From a virus (Duplodnaviria > Caudoviricetes): a DNA stretch of 57,255 nucleotides. Shown here piece by piece: positions 27,799-37,726 of the stretch; position 1 is the stretch's first letter; each line of letters starts with the position of its first letter. Position numbers and translations under genes: made by a program. The notes under the pieces were generated by a model that ran no database searches, was not told the DNA's origin, and worked only from the letters and a program-made list of their open reading frames with translations. The DNA lies in IMG/VR virus record IMGVR_UViG_3300042294_005616, positions 1-57,255 of that record. One strand, given 5' to 3'.

Positions 27799-28734
27799 AT
27801 GAGAAAAAAACCTCCTGTTATACTCAAAGAAATAAGAGAAAAAAAACTACCCGAAATTGACTATGCAACTCAAAAGTCTATTTCATACTCTCAAATGTCT
27901 ATGTTCAATGAGTGTCCTAAAAAATGGTCACTTCAATATAGAGAAGGACATAAGTCATTTACCTCTTCAATTCACACTGTTTTTGGAACTGCTTTACACG
28001 AAACACTTCAACATTACCTTACAGTAATGTATGAGCAAAGTGGGGCAGCAGCTGATCGACTCAATACCTCTGAAATGCTAGAGGAAAATCTCCGTGAAGA
28101 ATATAAAAAACAATACAAAGCAAACAACAACCAACACTTTGTAACCCCAGATGAATTAAGAGAGTTCTATGAAGACGGAGTAGAAATTATTCGAGAGTTT
28201 TCCAAAGACAAAACAAAATACTTCGGTAAACGAGGATGGCATTTAATTGGATGTGAAGTACCTATTATTCTAACTCCACATTCAAAATACCAAAACGTAA
28301 TGTTTCAAGGGTATTTAGATGTTGTTTTGTATCATGAACCAACAAACAAAATTAAAATCATAGATATTAAAACAAGTAGACAAGGTTGGGGTAAAAAGGA
28401 GAAATCTGATGAAAACAAACAAGCCCAACTTGTTATCTATAAAAAATATTTTTCTGAACTATATAATGTTCCAATAGAGAATATTGAAATTGAGTTTATG
28501 ATTGTGAAACGTAAGGTATTTGAAAGTGATATTTATGTTATCAAACGTGTACAACAATTCAAACCTGCGTCGGGTAAAGTGAAACTAAACAAAGTCACTA
28601 AATCAATCGATGAATTTATAGAACGCGCATTTGATCGCAATGGTTATAAAGAAGTAGACCACCAACCAAAACTAAATGGAAATTGTAAATGGTGCCCATT
28701 TTACAAGACTCATTTATGTTCTGCGACCTACTGA
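27799..28734 (+). CDS. PD-(D/E)XK nuclease (RecB/Cas4-like)
   Basis: ISYSQ..CP, GTALHE, GYLD, IIDIKT, QL.IY, C.WC.F...C. Confidence 0.85.
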   Translation: MRKKPPVILKEIREKKLPEIDYATQKSISYSQMSMFNECPKKWSLQYREGHKSFTSSIHTVFGTALHETLQHYLTVMYEQSGAAADRLNTSEMLEENLREEYKKQYKANNNQHFVTPDELREFYEDGVEIIREFSKDKTKYFGKRGWHLIGCEVPIILTPHSKYQNVMFQGYLDVVLYHEPTNKIKIIDIKTSRQGWGKKEKSDENKQAQLVIYKKYFSELYNVPIENIEIEFMIVKRKVFESDIYVIKRVQQFKPASGKVKLNKVTKSIDEFIERAFDRNGYKEVDHQPKLNGNCKWCPFYKTHLCSATY

Positions 28735-28776
28735 TCTCCTCATATATGTATATCCGATAATAATAAAATAAAATTT

Positions 28777-28974
28777 ATGAGTGAAAAAAATCAACAATTA
28801 ACAAGTGTCAAACTAGACAAGGATCTGTTTGAGCAATTTAAAGTAGAGTGCATTAAACGAAAATTTAGCTTCCAAAAATTGAGTGAACGAGCTGTTCACC
28901 TATATTTAACAAGCGATGATTTCAGAAAACAAATTCATAATCACAGTGATTTGAATTTGGCCATTGAAGAGTAA
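28777..28974 (+). CDS. Ribbon-helix-helix-like DNA-binding protein
   Basis: LTSVKL strand followed by two helices (DLFEQFK; FQKL.ERAVHLYL). Confidence 0.6.
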   Translation: MSEKNQQLTSVKLDKDLFEQFKVECIKRKFSFQKLSERAVHLYLTSDDFRKQIHNHSDLNLAIEE

Positions 28975-29002
28975 TTTCTTACATTTAAAACAAAATAGTT
29001 AT

Positions 29003-30442
29003 ATGAATTCAAGTTTTAAGTACTTACCGCAAAACGAGCGGAAAAAAATCTTACTAATTTGTGATGACATTCGAGTACACTCAGGTGTAGCGACTGTAGC
29101 ACGTGAATTAGTTTTGAACACAGCCCAACATTTTAACTGGGTAAACATTGCAGGTGCAATTAAACACCCAGAACAAGGTAAACGTTTTGATATTTCTCAA
29201 GATACAAACCAAAATACAGGTTTGACTGATACTTCTGTTTTCCTTTATCCAGTGGATGGATATGGCAATCCTGATTTAATCCGTCAGTTAATTATGATGG
29301 AAAAACCAGATGCGATCATGTTAATCACAGATCCAAGGTATTTTGAATGGTTATTTCAAATCGAAAATGAGATTAGAAAACACATGCCAATCATTTACCT
29401 TAACATTTGGGATGATTACCCAGCTCCATTGTATAATAAAGCATTTTATGAGTCATGTGATGCGTTATTAGCAATTTCAAAACAAACTAAGTTAATCAAT
29501 GAGCTTGTTTTAGGTGAGAAAGCAAATAAGAAAGTAATTGAGTATGTTCCCCATGGTCTAAACCATGAAATTTATTATCCAATTGAAAAAGAGGATGAAT
29601 TAAAAGAATTGGAGCAATTTAAGTCAAATTTGTTTGGTGGTAAAGAAAAGGATTTTGTTGTATTCTTTAATTCAAGAAATATCCGACGTAAACAAATTCC
29701 GGATACAATGCTTGCCTTTAGAATTTTCTTAGATACATTACCTAAAGAAAAAGCAGAAAAATGTGCTATGATAATGCATACTGAAATTGTAAGTGAACAT
29801 GGTACTGATTTAGAAGCAGTTAGAAAAATCTTATTTCCAAATTACCCAGAAGCAATTTACTTCTCAACAAACCGTTTAGACAATAAACAATTGAATCAGC
29901 TATACAATATTGCAGATGCTCAAATCTTATTGACATCAAACGAAGGTTGGGGATTGAGTTTAACTGAAGCAATTTTAGCAGGAACAGTTATTATTGCTAA
30001 TGTAACTGGTGGAATGCAAGACCAAATGAAATTTGAAGACGAATATGGTAATTGGTTTAATCCAACTCCAAAACTACCTTCAAACCATACAGGCCGTTTA
30101 AGAAACCATGGTTGTTGGGCGTTTCCGGTTTATCCAACAAATCGCTCAATTCAAGGTTCTCCTAAAACACCTTATATTTGGGATGATAGATGTACAGCTG
30201 AAGATGCTGCTGCTAGAATTTCTGAAGTATATGCTTTGGATAAAGAAATACGAGATGGTCTTGGTAAAACAGGTCGTCATTGGGTATTAAATGAAGCAGG
30301 TTTCACAGCAGAAGCTATGGGAGAAAGAGCAATTAACGCGATAGATCAATTATTTAACACGTGGACTCCACGAGAAAAATATGAGCTAATCAACGTTAAT
30401 GACGTTAAAGAAGACACAATTGATCACGAATTTGTATATTAA
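29003..30442 (+). CDS. GT-B glycosyltransferase (GT4-like)
   Basis: SGVA, PHG, RN..RK, EGWGLSLTEA; likely start 29003 after promoter TTG 28957 / TACATT 28980. Confidence 0.85.
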   Translation: MNSSFKYLPQNERKKILLICDDIRVHSGVATVARELVLNTAQHFNWVNIAGAIKHPEQGKRFDISQDTNQNTGLTDTSVFLYPVDGYGNPDLIRQLIMMEKPDAIMLITDPRYFEWLFQIENEIRKHMPIIYLNIWDDYPAPLYNKAFYESCDALLAISKQTKLINELVLGEKANKKVIEYVPHGLNHEIYYPIEKEDELKELEQFKSNLFGGKEKDFVVFFNSRNIRRKQIPDTMLAFRIFLDTLPKEKAEKCAMIMHTEIVSEHGTDLEAVRKILFPNYPEAIYFSTNRLDNKQLNQLYNIADAQILLTSNEGWGLSLTEAILAGTVIIANVTGGMQDQMKFEDEYGNWFNPTPKLPSNHTGRLRNHGCWAFPVYPTNRSIQGSPKTPYIWDDRCTAEDAAARISEVYALDKEIRDGLGKTGRHWVLNEAGFTAEAMGERAINAIDQLFNTWTPREKYELINVNDVKEDTIDHEFVY

Positions 30443-30448
30443 AAAGTT

Positions 30449-31741
30449 ATGGACAAACCAGTATTTGTAATTAGTTGCCCAATCGACACTTATAGTGGAT
30501 ATGGAGCACGTTCTCGCGATATCGTTAAAGCGATTATTGAAATGGATAAATATGATGTGAAAATTCTTTCACAACGTTGGGGAGCAACCCCATTTGGGTT
30601 CCTTCAAAACCATAAAGAATGGGAATTTTTAATCCCATATCTCCTCCAATCTCCACAATTACCAGCACAACCTGAAATTTGGATGCAAATTACAGTTCCA
30701 AATGAATTCCAACCAATAGGAAAATTCAATATTGGATGTACAGCTGGAATTGAAACAACAGTAGCACCTGCTGAATGGATTGAAGGTTGTAGTCGAATGA
30801 ATTTGATTCTAGGTTCTTCTGAACACACAATCAAAGTACTTAAAGAAAGTAAATTTGAAAAACGTGATCAAAAAACTAACCAAACAGTAGGACAAATTGA
30901 ATGGAAAGGAGATGGTGTAGTAATGTTTGAAGGTGCTAACACCGATGTTTACAAACCAATTAAATCAACTTTCGATTTATCTAATGTGAAGGAAGAATTT
31001 GCTTATTTATTTGTAGGGCATTGGATTAATGGGGATTTAGGAGAAGATAGAAAAAATGTAGGTTTGTTAGTTAAAGCGTTTTATGAGACGTTTAAAAATA
31101 AAAGCAAAAAACCTGCACTTATCTTGAAAACAACTCAAGTAGGAGCATCTTATATGGATCGAGATGAATTAATCAAACGTATTAAAGCAATCCGAGCTAC
31201 AGTAAAATCAAATAATGTTCCAAATATTTATTTGTTACATGGTGAATTTAGTGATGAAGAAATGAATCAAATTTACAACCATTCTAAAGTTAAAGCTATG
31301 GTTAGCTTAACTAAAGGAGAAGGATTTGGTCGTCCATTACTTGAATTTTCACTTGTAAACAAACCCATCATTACAACAAATTGGAGTGGACATATTGACT
31401 ATTTAAACCCAGAATTCACAACATTACTCCCAGGTGAACTTGCAAATGTACATCCATCTGCTGCAAATCATATGTTGATGAAAGAAGCACAATGGTTTAA
31501 TGTAGATACAGGTCATATAGGTCATTATTTGAAAGATGTATTTGAAAACTATAAAGGATATGCTGAAAATGCTAAACGACAAGGTTTCCATTCCCGTACT
31601 AAGTTTTCATATGACGCTATGAAAGAAAAATTAGGTAAATTGTTTGAGGAAAAAATCCCTGAATTCCCAAAACAAGTTCAATTACAATTACCTAAATTAC
31701 AAAAACTTGAATTACCAAAACTTAAAAAAGTAGAACAATAA
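30449..31741 (+). CDS. GT-B glycosyltransferase (GT4-like)
   Basis: SGYG, RKN, GEGFGRPLLE, P.ITTNWSG..DY. Confidence 0.85.
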   Translation: MDKPVFVISCPIDTYSGYGARSRDIVKAIIEMDKYDVKILSQRWGATPFGFLQNHKEWEFLIPYLLQSPQLPAQPEIWMQITVPNEFQPIGKFNIGCTAGIETTVAPAEWIEGCSRMNLILGSSEHTIKVLKESKFEKRDQKTNQTVGQIEWKGDGVVMFEGANTDVYKPIKSTFDLSNVKEEFAYLFVGHWINGDLGEDRKNVGLLVKAFYETFKNKSKKPALILKTTQVGASYMDRDELIKRIKAIRATVKSNNVPNIYLLHGEFSDEEMNQIYNHSKVKAMVSLTKGEGFGRPLLEFSLVNKPIITTNWSGHIDYLNPEFTTLLPGELANVHPSAANHMLMKEAQWFNVDTGHIGHYLKDVFENYKGYAENAKRQGFHSRTKFSYDAMKEKLGKLFEEKIPEFPKQVQLQLPKLQKLELPKLKKVEQ

Positions 31742-32190
31742 TGCAACACGAAGAAATCATTAATTGTCCTAAATCCGGAGGTGACTTGTGCTATAAAGTA
31801 CAAGTTGCCCCTGAAATTTATAACTACATGAGTTTATCTTGTGGTTTTTGGACAAATTCATTTATGACTGAAGATCATGAATTTTATATGAAACAAATGG
31901 AAACTTTACCTGAGTTATATAAAGATTTAGCTTGGAAAGATCCTCAAACAGGTTTAATTTGGTTACCAAACACCATTAATAACCCTGAACAAGGTATGAT
32001 CTTTGCTAATGGACAAAATGCTTCAAACTGGAAATGGGCTGCTGTTAAAGCAATTGAAATTCCTGAAGGTGAAAGAAAAGAAGTTATGGGGAAACTCCAA
32101 ACTCACAAAATGGATATGAAGAACATGCAGCTTTTCGAAGAGCGTGACTATATTGAAGCTCTTTCATATATTGGAATATTACCAAATTAA
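31741..32190 (+). CDS. Hypothetical protein
   Basis: Intact coupled ORF; CPKSG..C..CGF. Confidence 0.55.
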   Translation: MQHEEIINCPKSGGDLCYKVQVAPEIYNYMSLSCGFWTNSFMTEDHEFYMKQMETLPELYKDLAWKDPQTGLIWLPNTINNPEQGMIFANGQNASNWKWAAVKAIEIPEGERKEVMGKLQTHKMDMKNMQLFEERDYIEALSYIGILPN

Positions 32191-32195
32191 GATAT

Positions 32196-32843
32196 ATGAA
32201 AATAAGTTATGCCGTTACAGTTTGCAATGAGTTTCTTGAAATACAGAGACTCATTACATTCTTACTAGAAAATAAAAGACCACAAGATGAGATCGTAGCC
32301 CAAATGGATCTTAATCTAGATGATCTTAAAAATCAACCAGAGGATAAGAACCAAGTGTTCGCTTATCTTATGAAACATCAAGAGCAAGGACATCTCAGAG
32401 TAATCTTTAATCCACTAAACAACGATTTTGGAGCATTTAAAAATCACCTTACTAACCAATGTAAAGGAGATTATATATTCCAAATTGATGCAGATGAATT
32501 ACCAAATGAAAATCTGATTGCTGTTTTACCTGAGTTGCTAAAAGAAAATAATGAAATTGATGTTTTTCTAGTTCCACGAGTAAACACAGTAGAAGGTTTA
32601 ACTCAAGAACATATTGCAAAATGGGGTTGGAGAGTAAACGATGCTGGTTGGGTTAATTGGCCTGATTACCAATGGCGTATTTGGAAAAATAAACCTGAAA
32701 TTCAATGGGTGAATAAAGTACATGAGCGTTTAGATGGTTTTAAACAATATACAGCAATGCCGGATGTAGAGTACTTTGCTTTATATCACCCAAAAACAAT
32801 AGACAAACAAGAAAAACAAAATCAGTTATACGATACAATATGA
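32196..32843 (+). CDS. GT2 family glycosyltransferase
   Basis: ISYAVTVCNE, YIFQIDADE, WPDYQ.R, VHE. Confidence 0.85.
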   Translation: MKISYAVTVCNEFLEIQRLITFLLENKRPQDEIVAQMDLNLDDLKNQPEDKNQVFAYLMKHQEQGHLRVIFNPLNNDFGAFKNHLTNQCKGDYIFQIDADELPNENLIAVLPELLKENNEIDVFLVPRVNTVEGLTQEHIAKWGWRVNDAGWVNWPDYQWRIWKNKPEIQWVNKVHERLDGFKQYTAMPDVEYFALYHPKTIDKQEKQNQLYDTI

Positions 32844-33670
32844 GTCAAGTAGATGAATATAGAAATCAAGTCCTTGAAGTACTAAAACAAAGTAACAATC
32901 ATTATCCCACTAACATTATTAACTTACAAGTAGGGGATAAACAAATTAATTACCATAGATGGATGCATCCTTGGCAAGGTGATTGGGAAATAAAAGCATT
33001 ATTCAATGAAAAAATCCTTACTAATCTTTCCCAAATTATCACCCCAGGTAGTACTGTAATTGATATTGGAGCACAAGCTGGAAATATGTCTGTAGCATAT
33101 TCTTTATTTGCAGAAAAAGTAATTTCATTTGAACCCAACCCAGCTACATTTGAGGTACTTGAAAAAAATTCTGAATTAAATCCAAATATAATTCCATTCA
33201 ATTACGCTATATCAGATGAAGAAGGCCCATTAACATTCCATTATTCAGATTATGGTTTTTGCAATGGTGGTTTTGCTACACGTACTCAAGTTGGAGTTGG
33301 TGTAACAGGTCATAACATTCCAATTGATGTTTGGGCTATTAACTTTGAAAAATTTATTCAAGAAAATAACATTGAAGTTGGAAATATTTCACTTATTAAA
33401 ATAGATGCTGAAGGGCATGATAAGGATATTTTGAAAACCCTTACAAACACCATCTCCACCCATAAACCAGTTTTAATTACCGAAATTTATAATGGTTTAA
33501 ATCCAAATGAAATAACTGATCTACTTGATACTATCCATTCATTGGGTTATAAAGCATATGATGAAGAAATAAATCATTTAGATTTAAACAACCTAGGGAA
33601 AGAAATTAAATCAGTTTTAGATATCAACCCAAATTCAGGTCATAATTTAATTTGTATTTATGGTTCCTAA
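32840..33670 (+). CDS. FkbM family methyltransferase
   Basis: IDIGAQAG, FEPNP, IKIDAEG. Confidence 0.85.
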   Translation: MSQVDEYRNQVLEVLKQSNNHYPTNIINLQVGDKQINYHRWMHPWQGDWEIKALFNEKILTNLSQIITPGSTVIDIGAQAGNMSVAYSLFAEKVISFEPNPATFEVLEKNSELNPNIIPFNYAISDEEGPLTFHYSDYGFCNGGFATRTQVGVGVTGHNIPIDVWAINFEKFIQENNIEVGNISLIKIDAEGHDKDILKTLTNTISTHKPVLITEIYNGLNPNEITDLLDTIHSLGYKAYDEEINHLDLNNLGKEIKSVLDINPNSGHNLICIYGS

Positions 33671-34412
33671 TATACTACATTACATCCATTTAAGTGAAGG
33701 TGGTAGAGAATGGAAACTCCATCACTACCTTTCAGTAAAATCTGCTTATGTGAGAAGTGGGGTAGATAAAATTTTTATATGGATAGATAAAGAACCAATA
33801 GGAGAATGGTGGGAAAAAACAAAACCACTAATTGAAACTATTCAAATTACTCCTCCATCAGAAATATTTGGAATCCCTATTACTCAACAAGCCCATAAAA
33901 GTGATGTTTTAAGATTACAAATCCTTTTAGAATATGGGGGAATTTATGTTGATACTGATACTATATTTGTAAAATCATATGAACCATTACTAAATAATAG
34001 TTTTGTATTAGGGCAACAAGGAACAGATGGGGTTGAAGGATTATGTCCTGCAGTTATATTATCTAAACCAAATTCATTTTTTGGTCAATCTTGGTTGGCA
34101 GGTTTTAAAGACTCTTTTAAAGGAGGCCCTCCAGGAAGTGATACTTGGTGTACCCATTCAGTTAGATATCCAGTATGGTTAGCAAAACAAATACCTGATG
34201 AGGTTACCATTTTAAACCATGAAGCCTTTTTCTGGCCTTTATATCATCAAAACCATATTGAAGCTATGTTTGAACAAAAATATAATTTCCCAAATGCATA
34301 TTCACATCATTTATGGGAAAGTAGTGGAAAAAAATATTTGGATGAATTAACAGAAGATATTATCTTTACTAAAGATACTACATTTACCAATTTAGTAAAA
34401 GATTTAATATGA
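33660..34412 (+). CDS. DXD glycosyltransferase (GT32/OCH1-like)
   Basis: VPNILHY, KSDVLRL..L..YGGIYVDTD, HHLW. Confidence 0.85.
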   Translation: MVPNILHYIHLSEGGREWKLHHYLSVKSAYVRSGVDKIFIWIDKEPIGEWWEKTKPLIETIQITPPSEIFGIPITQQAHKSDVLRLQILLEYGGIYVDTDTIFVKSYEPLLNNSFVLGQQGTDGVEGLCPAVILSKPNSFFGQSWLAGFKDSFKGGPPGSDTWCTHSVRYPVWLAKQIPDEVTILNHEAFFWPLYHQNHIEAMFEQKYNFPNAYSHHLWESSGKKYLDELTEDIIFTKDTTFTNLVKDLI

Positions 34413-35632
34413 ATATAGTAATTTATGCTGGGGATAGAAAATATTATTCTGTATTAGAACCTATTTCTGAGGAATTAAAAAATACAAACCATAGCTTCTT
34501 ATTCTACTATACAAAACAAACCCAATTACTCCATCCAACCCATCCAGACCATAAACCGTATTTTGAATATGATGGACAAATAGGAGAAGAAAACCCTAAT
34601 ATTTCAGAAACTTTAGGATTACAACTTCCATTCAAACCAGATGTTTTAATATTAGCTAGAGAAAGATGGCAACCCGAACAATCTATAATCCATGAGTTTA
34701 AAACAAAATGGAATTGTATTATTTGTTGTGTTGAGGTAAGTAGTCATTTAACTAATAATATTGAAAACCGTCTTGAAATGCTTTCAAGAACTCAATATCC
34801 TCAAAATTTAGTAGATTACTTTTTTGAACATAGTGAATGGGCTAAACAAAGAAGAATAGATTGTTTAGATGAATCTTATAAAGCAAAAACAATTGTAGTA
34901 GGAAATACTCGTAATTTTAAATCTAATGAAATAGAATTTCTTAAAGAAAAATATAAAATAGATTCAAATAAACAACAAATCCTATTTTGGGGTGTAATTA
35001 ATACAACTAGGAAAACAGCATTTGATGCTTTAAAAACACTTAGAGAAAAAACAAAAGATACTCACCAAATATTTTACAAATGTTATCCTGGAGAACCTTA
35101 CAATGAACGATTCCAAAAAGATTTTAATCCATTTTGTGTTGAAGGAGTAGAAGTAATATATGATGAAAATGATATCTACGGTATGGCTGAAATATGTGAT
35201 ACACATATAGCGGCAGCTAGTAGTGTATTTAATTTTGCTTTTGCTCATAATAAAAAGATAGTTAATCTTGATAATATTTGTCAAGCAAGTGATAAAATGA
35301 ATGATATTAATATTTACCTTCAAGAAACTAATAATGGAGTTGAAGATTCAGCTAGATTTTGGATGGGGGTTTGGAAGTTAAATTCAATAGAAGAATTTAA
35401 GAACTTGGTTGACTTAAAAAGAATTGATATATTTAAGAAAACAAATTCTAAATATGTTGATTGTATAAGAAAAAATACTATTGATTTTGATTGGGGTTGT
35501 AATTTTTTAAATGCACCTAAAAAAGATTATAAAGATTTAATCAATTATTTTGATGAATATAAATTTGATGGGAAGGCCCCTAAAAGAATAATAAATTTTT
35601 TAATAAATGGAAACAACAACAAAACAACATAA
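34409..35632 (+). CDS. GT-B-fold sugar-nucleotide-acting protein
   Basis: VVG..R, K..P.E, SS...A, DGKAPKRI C-terminus. Confidence 0.5.
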   Translation: MNIVIYAGDRKYYSVLEPISEELKNTNHSFLFYYTKQTQLLHPTHPDHKPYFEYDGQIGEENPNISETLGLQLPFKPDVLILARERWQPEQSIIHEFKTKWNCIICCVEVSSHLTNNIENRLEMLSRTQYPQNLVDYFFEHSEWAKQRRIDCLDESYKAKTIVVGNTRNFKSNEIEFLKEKYKIDSNKQQILFWGVINTTRKTAFDALKTLREKTKDTHQIFYKCYPGEPYNERFQKDFNPFCVEGVEVIYDENDIYGMAEICDTHIAAASSVFNFAFAHNKKIVNLDNICQASDKMNDINIYLQETNNGVEDSARFWMGVWKLNSIEEFKNLVDLKRIDIFKKTNSKYVDCIRKNTIDFDWGCNFLNAPKKDYKDLINYFDEYKFDGKAPKRIINFLINGNNNKTT

Positions 35633-36287
35633 GTTTTTAGACCAAACTTTAACTTTAACCTGTCAATCAACAGAACATACTATTGGTTTAATTCAACAAG
35701 AAATATCAACATATAAATCATTATTCAAAGTTGATTTCCAACCCGGAGATATAATTTTAGATTTAGGAGCTAATTTAGGAATAATATCTATTCTTTTATC
35801 TAAAAAATTTCCATTTACTAAAATATATTCTTTTGAAGCATCTCCTATTAATTTTCAAAATTTTGTAAAAAATATAGAAGATAATAATTGTACCAATATT
35901 ACTCCATTTAATCTAGCAGTTTGGTCTACTACAGACGATACAATAGAAATCCCTACTTCCCCTACAAACTCAGGAGGATCTTCAATTTACTACAAACCAG
36001 AATTTTTTGACCAATATCCAGTTTCAAAAGTAAAAACTATATCTCTTGAAGACATATTATCTCAAAATAATATTGAAGATTGTAAATTATTAAAAATTGA
36101 TGTTGAAGGAGCAGAATATGAAATCTTCAAATCATTCCCAGAAGAAAAACTAAATATTATTAAAAACATAGGAATAGAATTTCATAGATGTGATGCGTCT
36201 AAATTAATCGATCTAAAACAAGTGTTAAAAAACAATCAAATTAATATAGTTTGTGAATTTAATGCTGGTGGTGGTAAATTAAAATAA
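35607..36287 (+). CDS. FkbM family methyltransferase
   Basis: LDLGANLG, FEA, LKIDVEGAEY, EFH. Confidence 0.87.
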   Translation: METTTKQHKFLDQTLTLTCQSTEHTIGLIQQEISTYKSLFKVDFQPGDIILDLGANLGIISILLSKKFPFTKIYSFEASPINFQNFVKNIEDNNCTNITPFNLAVWSTTDDTIEIPTSPTNSGGSSIYYKPEFFDQYPVSKVKTISLEDILSQNNIEDCKLLKIDVEGAEYEIFKSFPEEKLNIIKNIGIEFHRCDASKLIDLKQVLKNNQINIVCEFNAGGGKLK

Positions 36288-36288
36288 A

Positions 36289-36582
36289 ATGAATATTTAC
36301 GTAGACATTGATGAAACAATTTGTTTCTATGAAGGAGAACGAGATTATAATCTTGCTAAACCATCCGTGGAAAATATAGAAAAGATTAATATATTATTTG
36401 AAAAAGGTAATGAAATTACATACTGGACTGCTAGGGGATCAGTAACTAAGATTGATTGGTTTGATGTAACCAAAAAGCAGTTAGATGAATGGGGTTGTAA
36501 ATATCATAGACTTATTACAGGAGAAAAACCAGCTTATGATTTATTAATTTGTGATAAAACAAAACGAATAGAGGAAATATGA
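36289..36582 (+). CDS. Minimal HAD-family phosphatase
   Basis: DIDETI, WTARG, KP..D..ICDK. Confidence 0.75.
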   Translation: MNIYVDIDETICFYEGERDYNLAKPSVENIEKINILFEKGNEITYWTARGSVTKIDWFDVTKKQLDEWGCKYHRLITGEKPAYDLLICDKTKRIEEI

Positions 36583-36899
36583 GTCAAATATATTTTACAA
36601 AAATAAAAGATAATACCTGTTTAGCTGAAGGTCACCGTGATCATATTGATATTCAATATATAACTAAAGGGATAGAAGTAATAGAAGTTTATTCTAAAGA
36701 TGAAGTTGAATTGGTCCAAGAATACGACCCTGAAAAAGATTATGCTTTGTATCGTCCTATTAAACCTGGAAGAAAAATCATACTTAAACCTTATGAATTT
36801 GCCATTCTATACCCTGAAGATCTACACATCCCAGGATTAGCTTTAGATGAATCAATAGAAGTAGAAAAAATAGTAATAAAAATCCCATATAACAAATGA
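36579..36899 (+). CDS. YhcH/YjgK/YiaL (NanQ-like) cupin, short form
   Basis: E.HR..IDIQY, YD.EKD, P.D.H.P, K.VIK. Confidence 0.75.
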   Translation: MSQIYFTKIKDNTCLAEGHRDHIDIQYITKGIEVIEVYSKDEVELVQEYDPEKDYALYRPIKPGRKIILKPYEFAILYPEDLHIPGLALDESIEVEKIVIKIPYNK

Positions 36900-37726
36900 A
36901 AAAAACGTATATCATCGCTGAAATCGGAATCAACCATAACGGTGATTTAGATATAGCAAAAAGATTAATTGATATAGCATCCTTATCAGGATGTGATGCA
37001 GTTAAGTTCCAAAAACGTAATCCTGATGTTTGTGTTCCTGAACATCAAAAGAATGTAATGAGGGATACTCCTTGGGGAACAATGACTTATCTTGAGTACA
37101 AGTATAAGGTTGAATTTGAAAAAGCAGAATACGATGAGATAGATAGTTATTGTAAAGAAAAAGGTATTGCTTGGTCTGCTTCACCTTGGGATTTAGATTC
37201 ACTTGAATTCCTAAACCAATATGATCTCCCATTTATCAAACTACCCTCAGCAATGCTAACAAATACTCCATTAGTTGAAGCATGTGCTAAAAGTGGTAAA
37301 AAAGTAATTCTATCAACGGGGATGAGTACAGAGGAAGAAATTGATGAGGCAATTAATACTATAAAACAATTTACAGACAATTTCGCAATCCTCCATTGTA
37401 ACTCCACTTACCCAGCTCCATTAAATGAACTCAATTTATCTACAATCACTACTTTAAAAAATAAATATAATTGCGAAGTAGGATATTCAGGACATGAGTT
37501 TAGAATTGGAACTACAGTAGCTTCAGTTTATTTAGGAGCAACAATCATTGAACGTCATATTACTCTAGATAGAACAATGTGGGGAACAGACCATTTATCC
37601 TCAGTTGAACCTCAAGGTTTAATTAAACTTGTAAAAGGTATTCGTGAACTAGAAGAAGCATTTGGTGATGGAGTAATCCAAGTAACAGAATCAGAAAAAA
37701 TAATCAGAAATAAATTAAGAGGATGA
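36896..37726 (+). CDS. neuB: NeuB-family nonulosonate synthase, short form with no SAF domain
   Basis: IIAEIGINHNG, VKFQKR, LSTGMS, HCNSTYP, GYSGHE, IERHIT. Confidence 0.88.
   Translation: MKKTYIIAEIGINHNGDLDIAKRLIDIASLSGCDAVKFQKRNPDVCVPEHQKNVMRDTPWGTMTYLEYKYKVEFEKAEYDEIDSYCKEKGIAWSASPWDLDSLEFLNQYDLPFIKLPSAMLTNTPLVEACAKSGKKVILSTGMSTEEEIDEAINTIKQFTDNFAILHCNSTYPAPLNELNLSTITTLKNKYNCEVGYSGHEFRIGTTVASVYLGATIIERHITLDRTMWGTDHLSSVEPQGLIKLVKGIRELEEAFGDGVIQVTESEKIIRNKLRG

Noticed and set aside
27799-28734. Cas4-like nuclease as evidence of a CRISPR system
   Set aside because: No repeat-spacer array or other cas genes; stand-alone PD-(D/E)XK nucleases are common in phages
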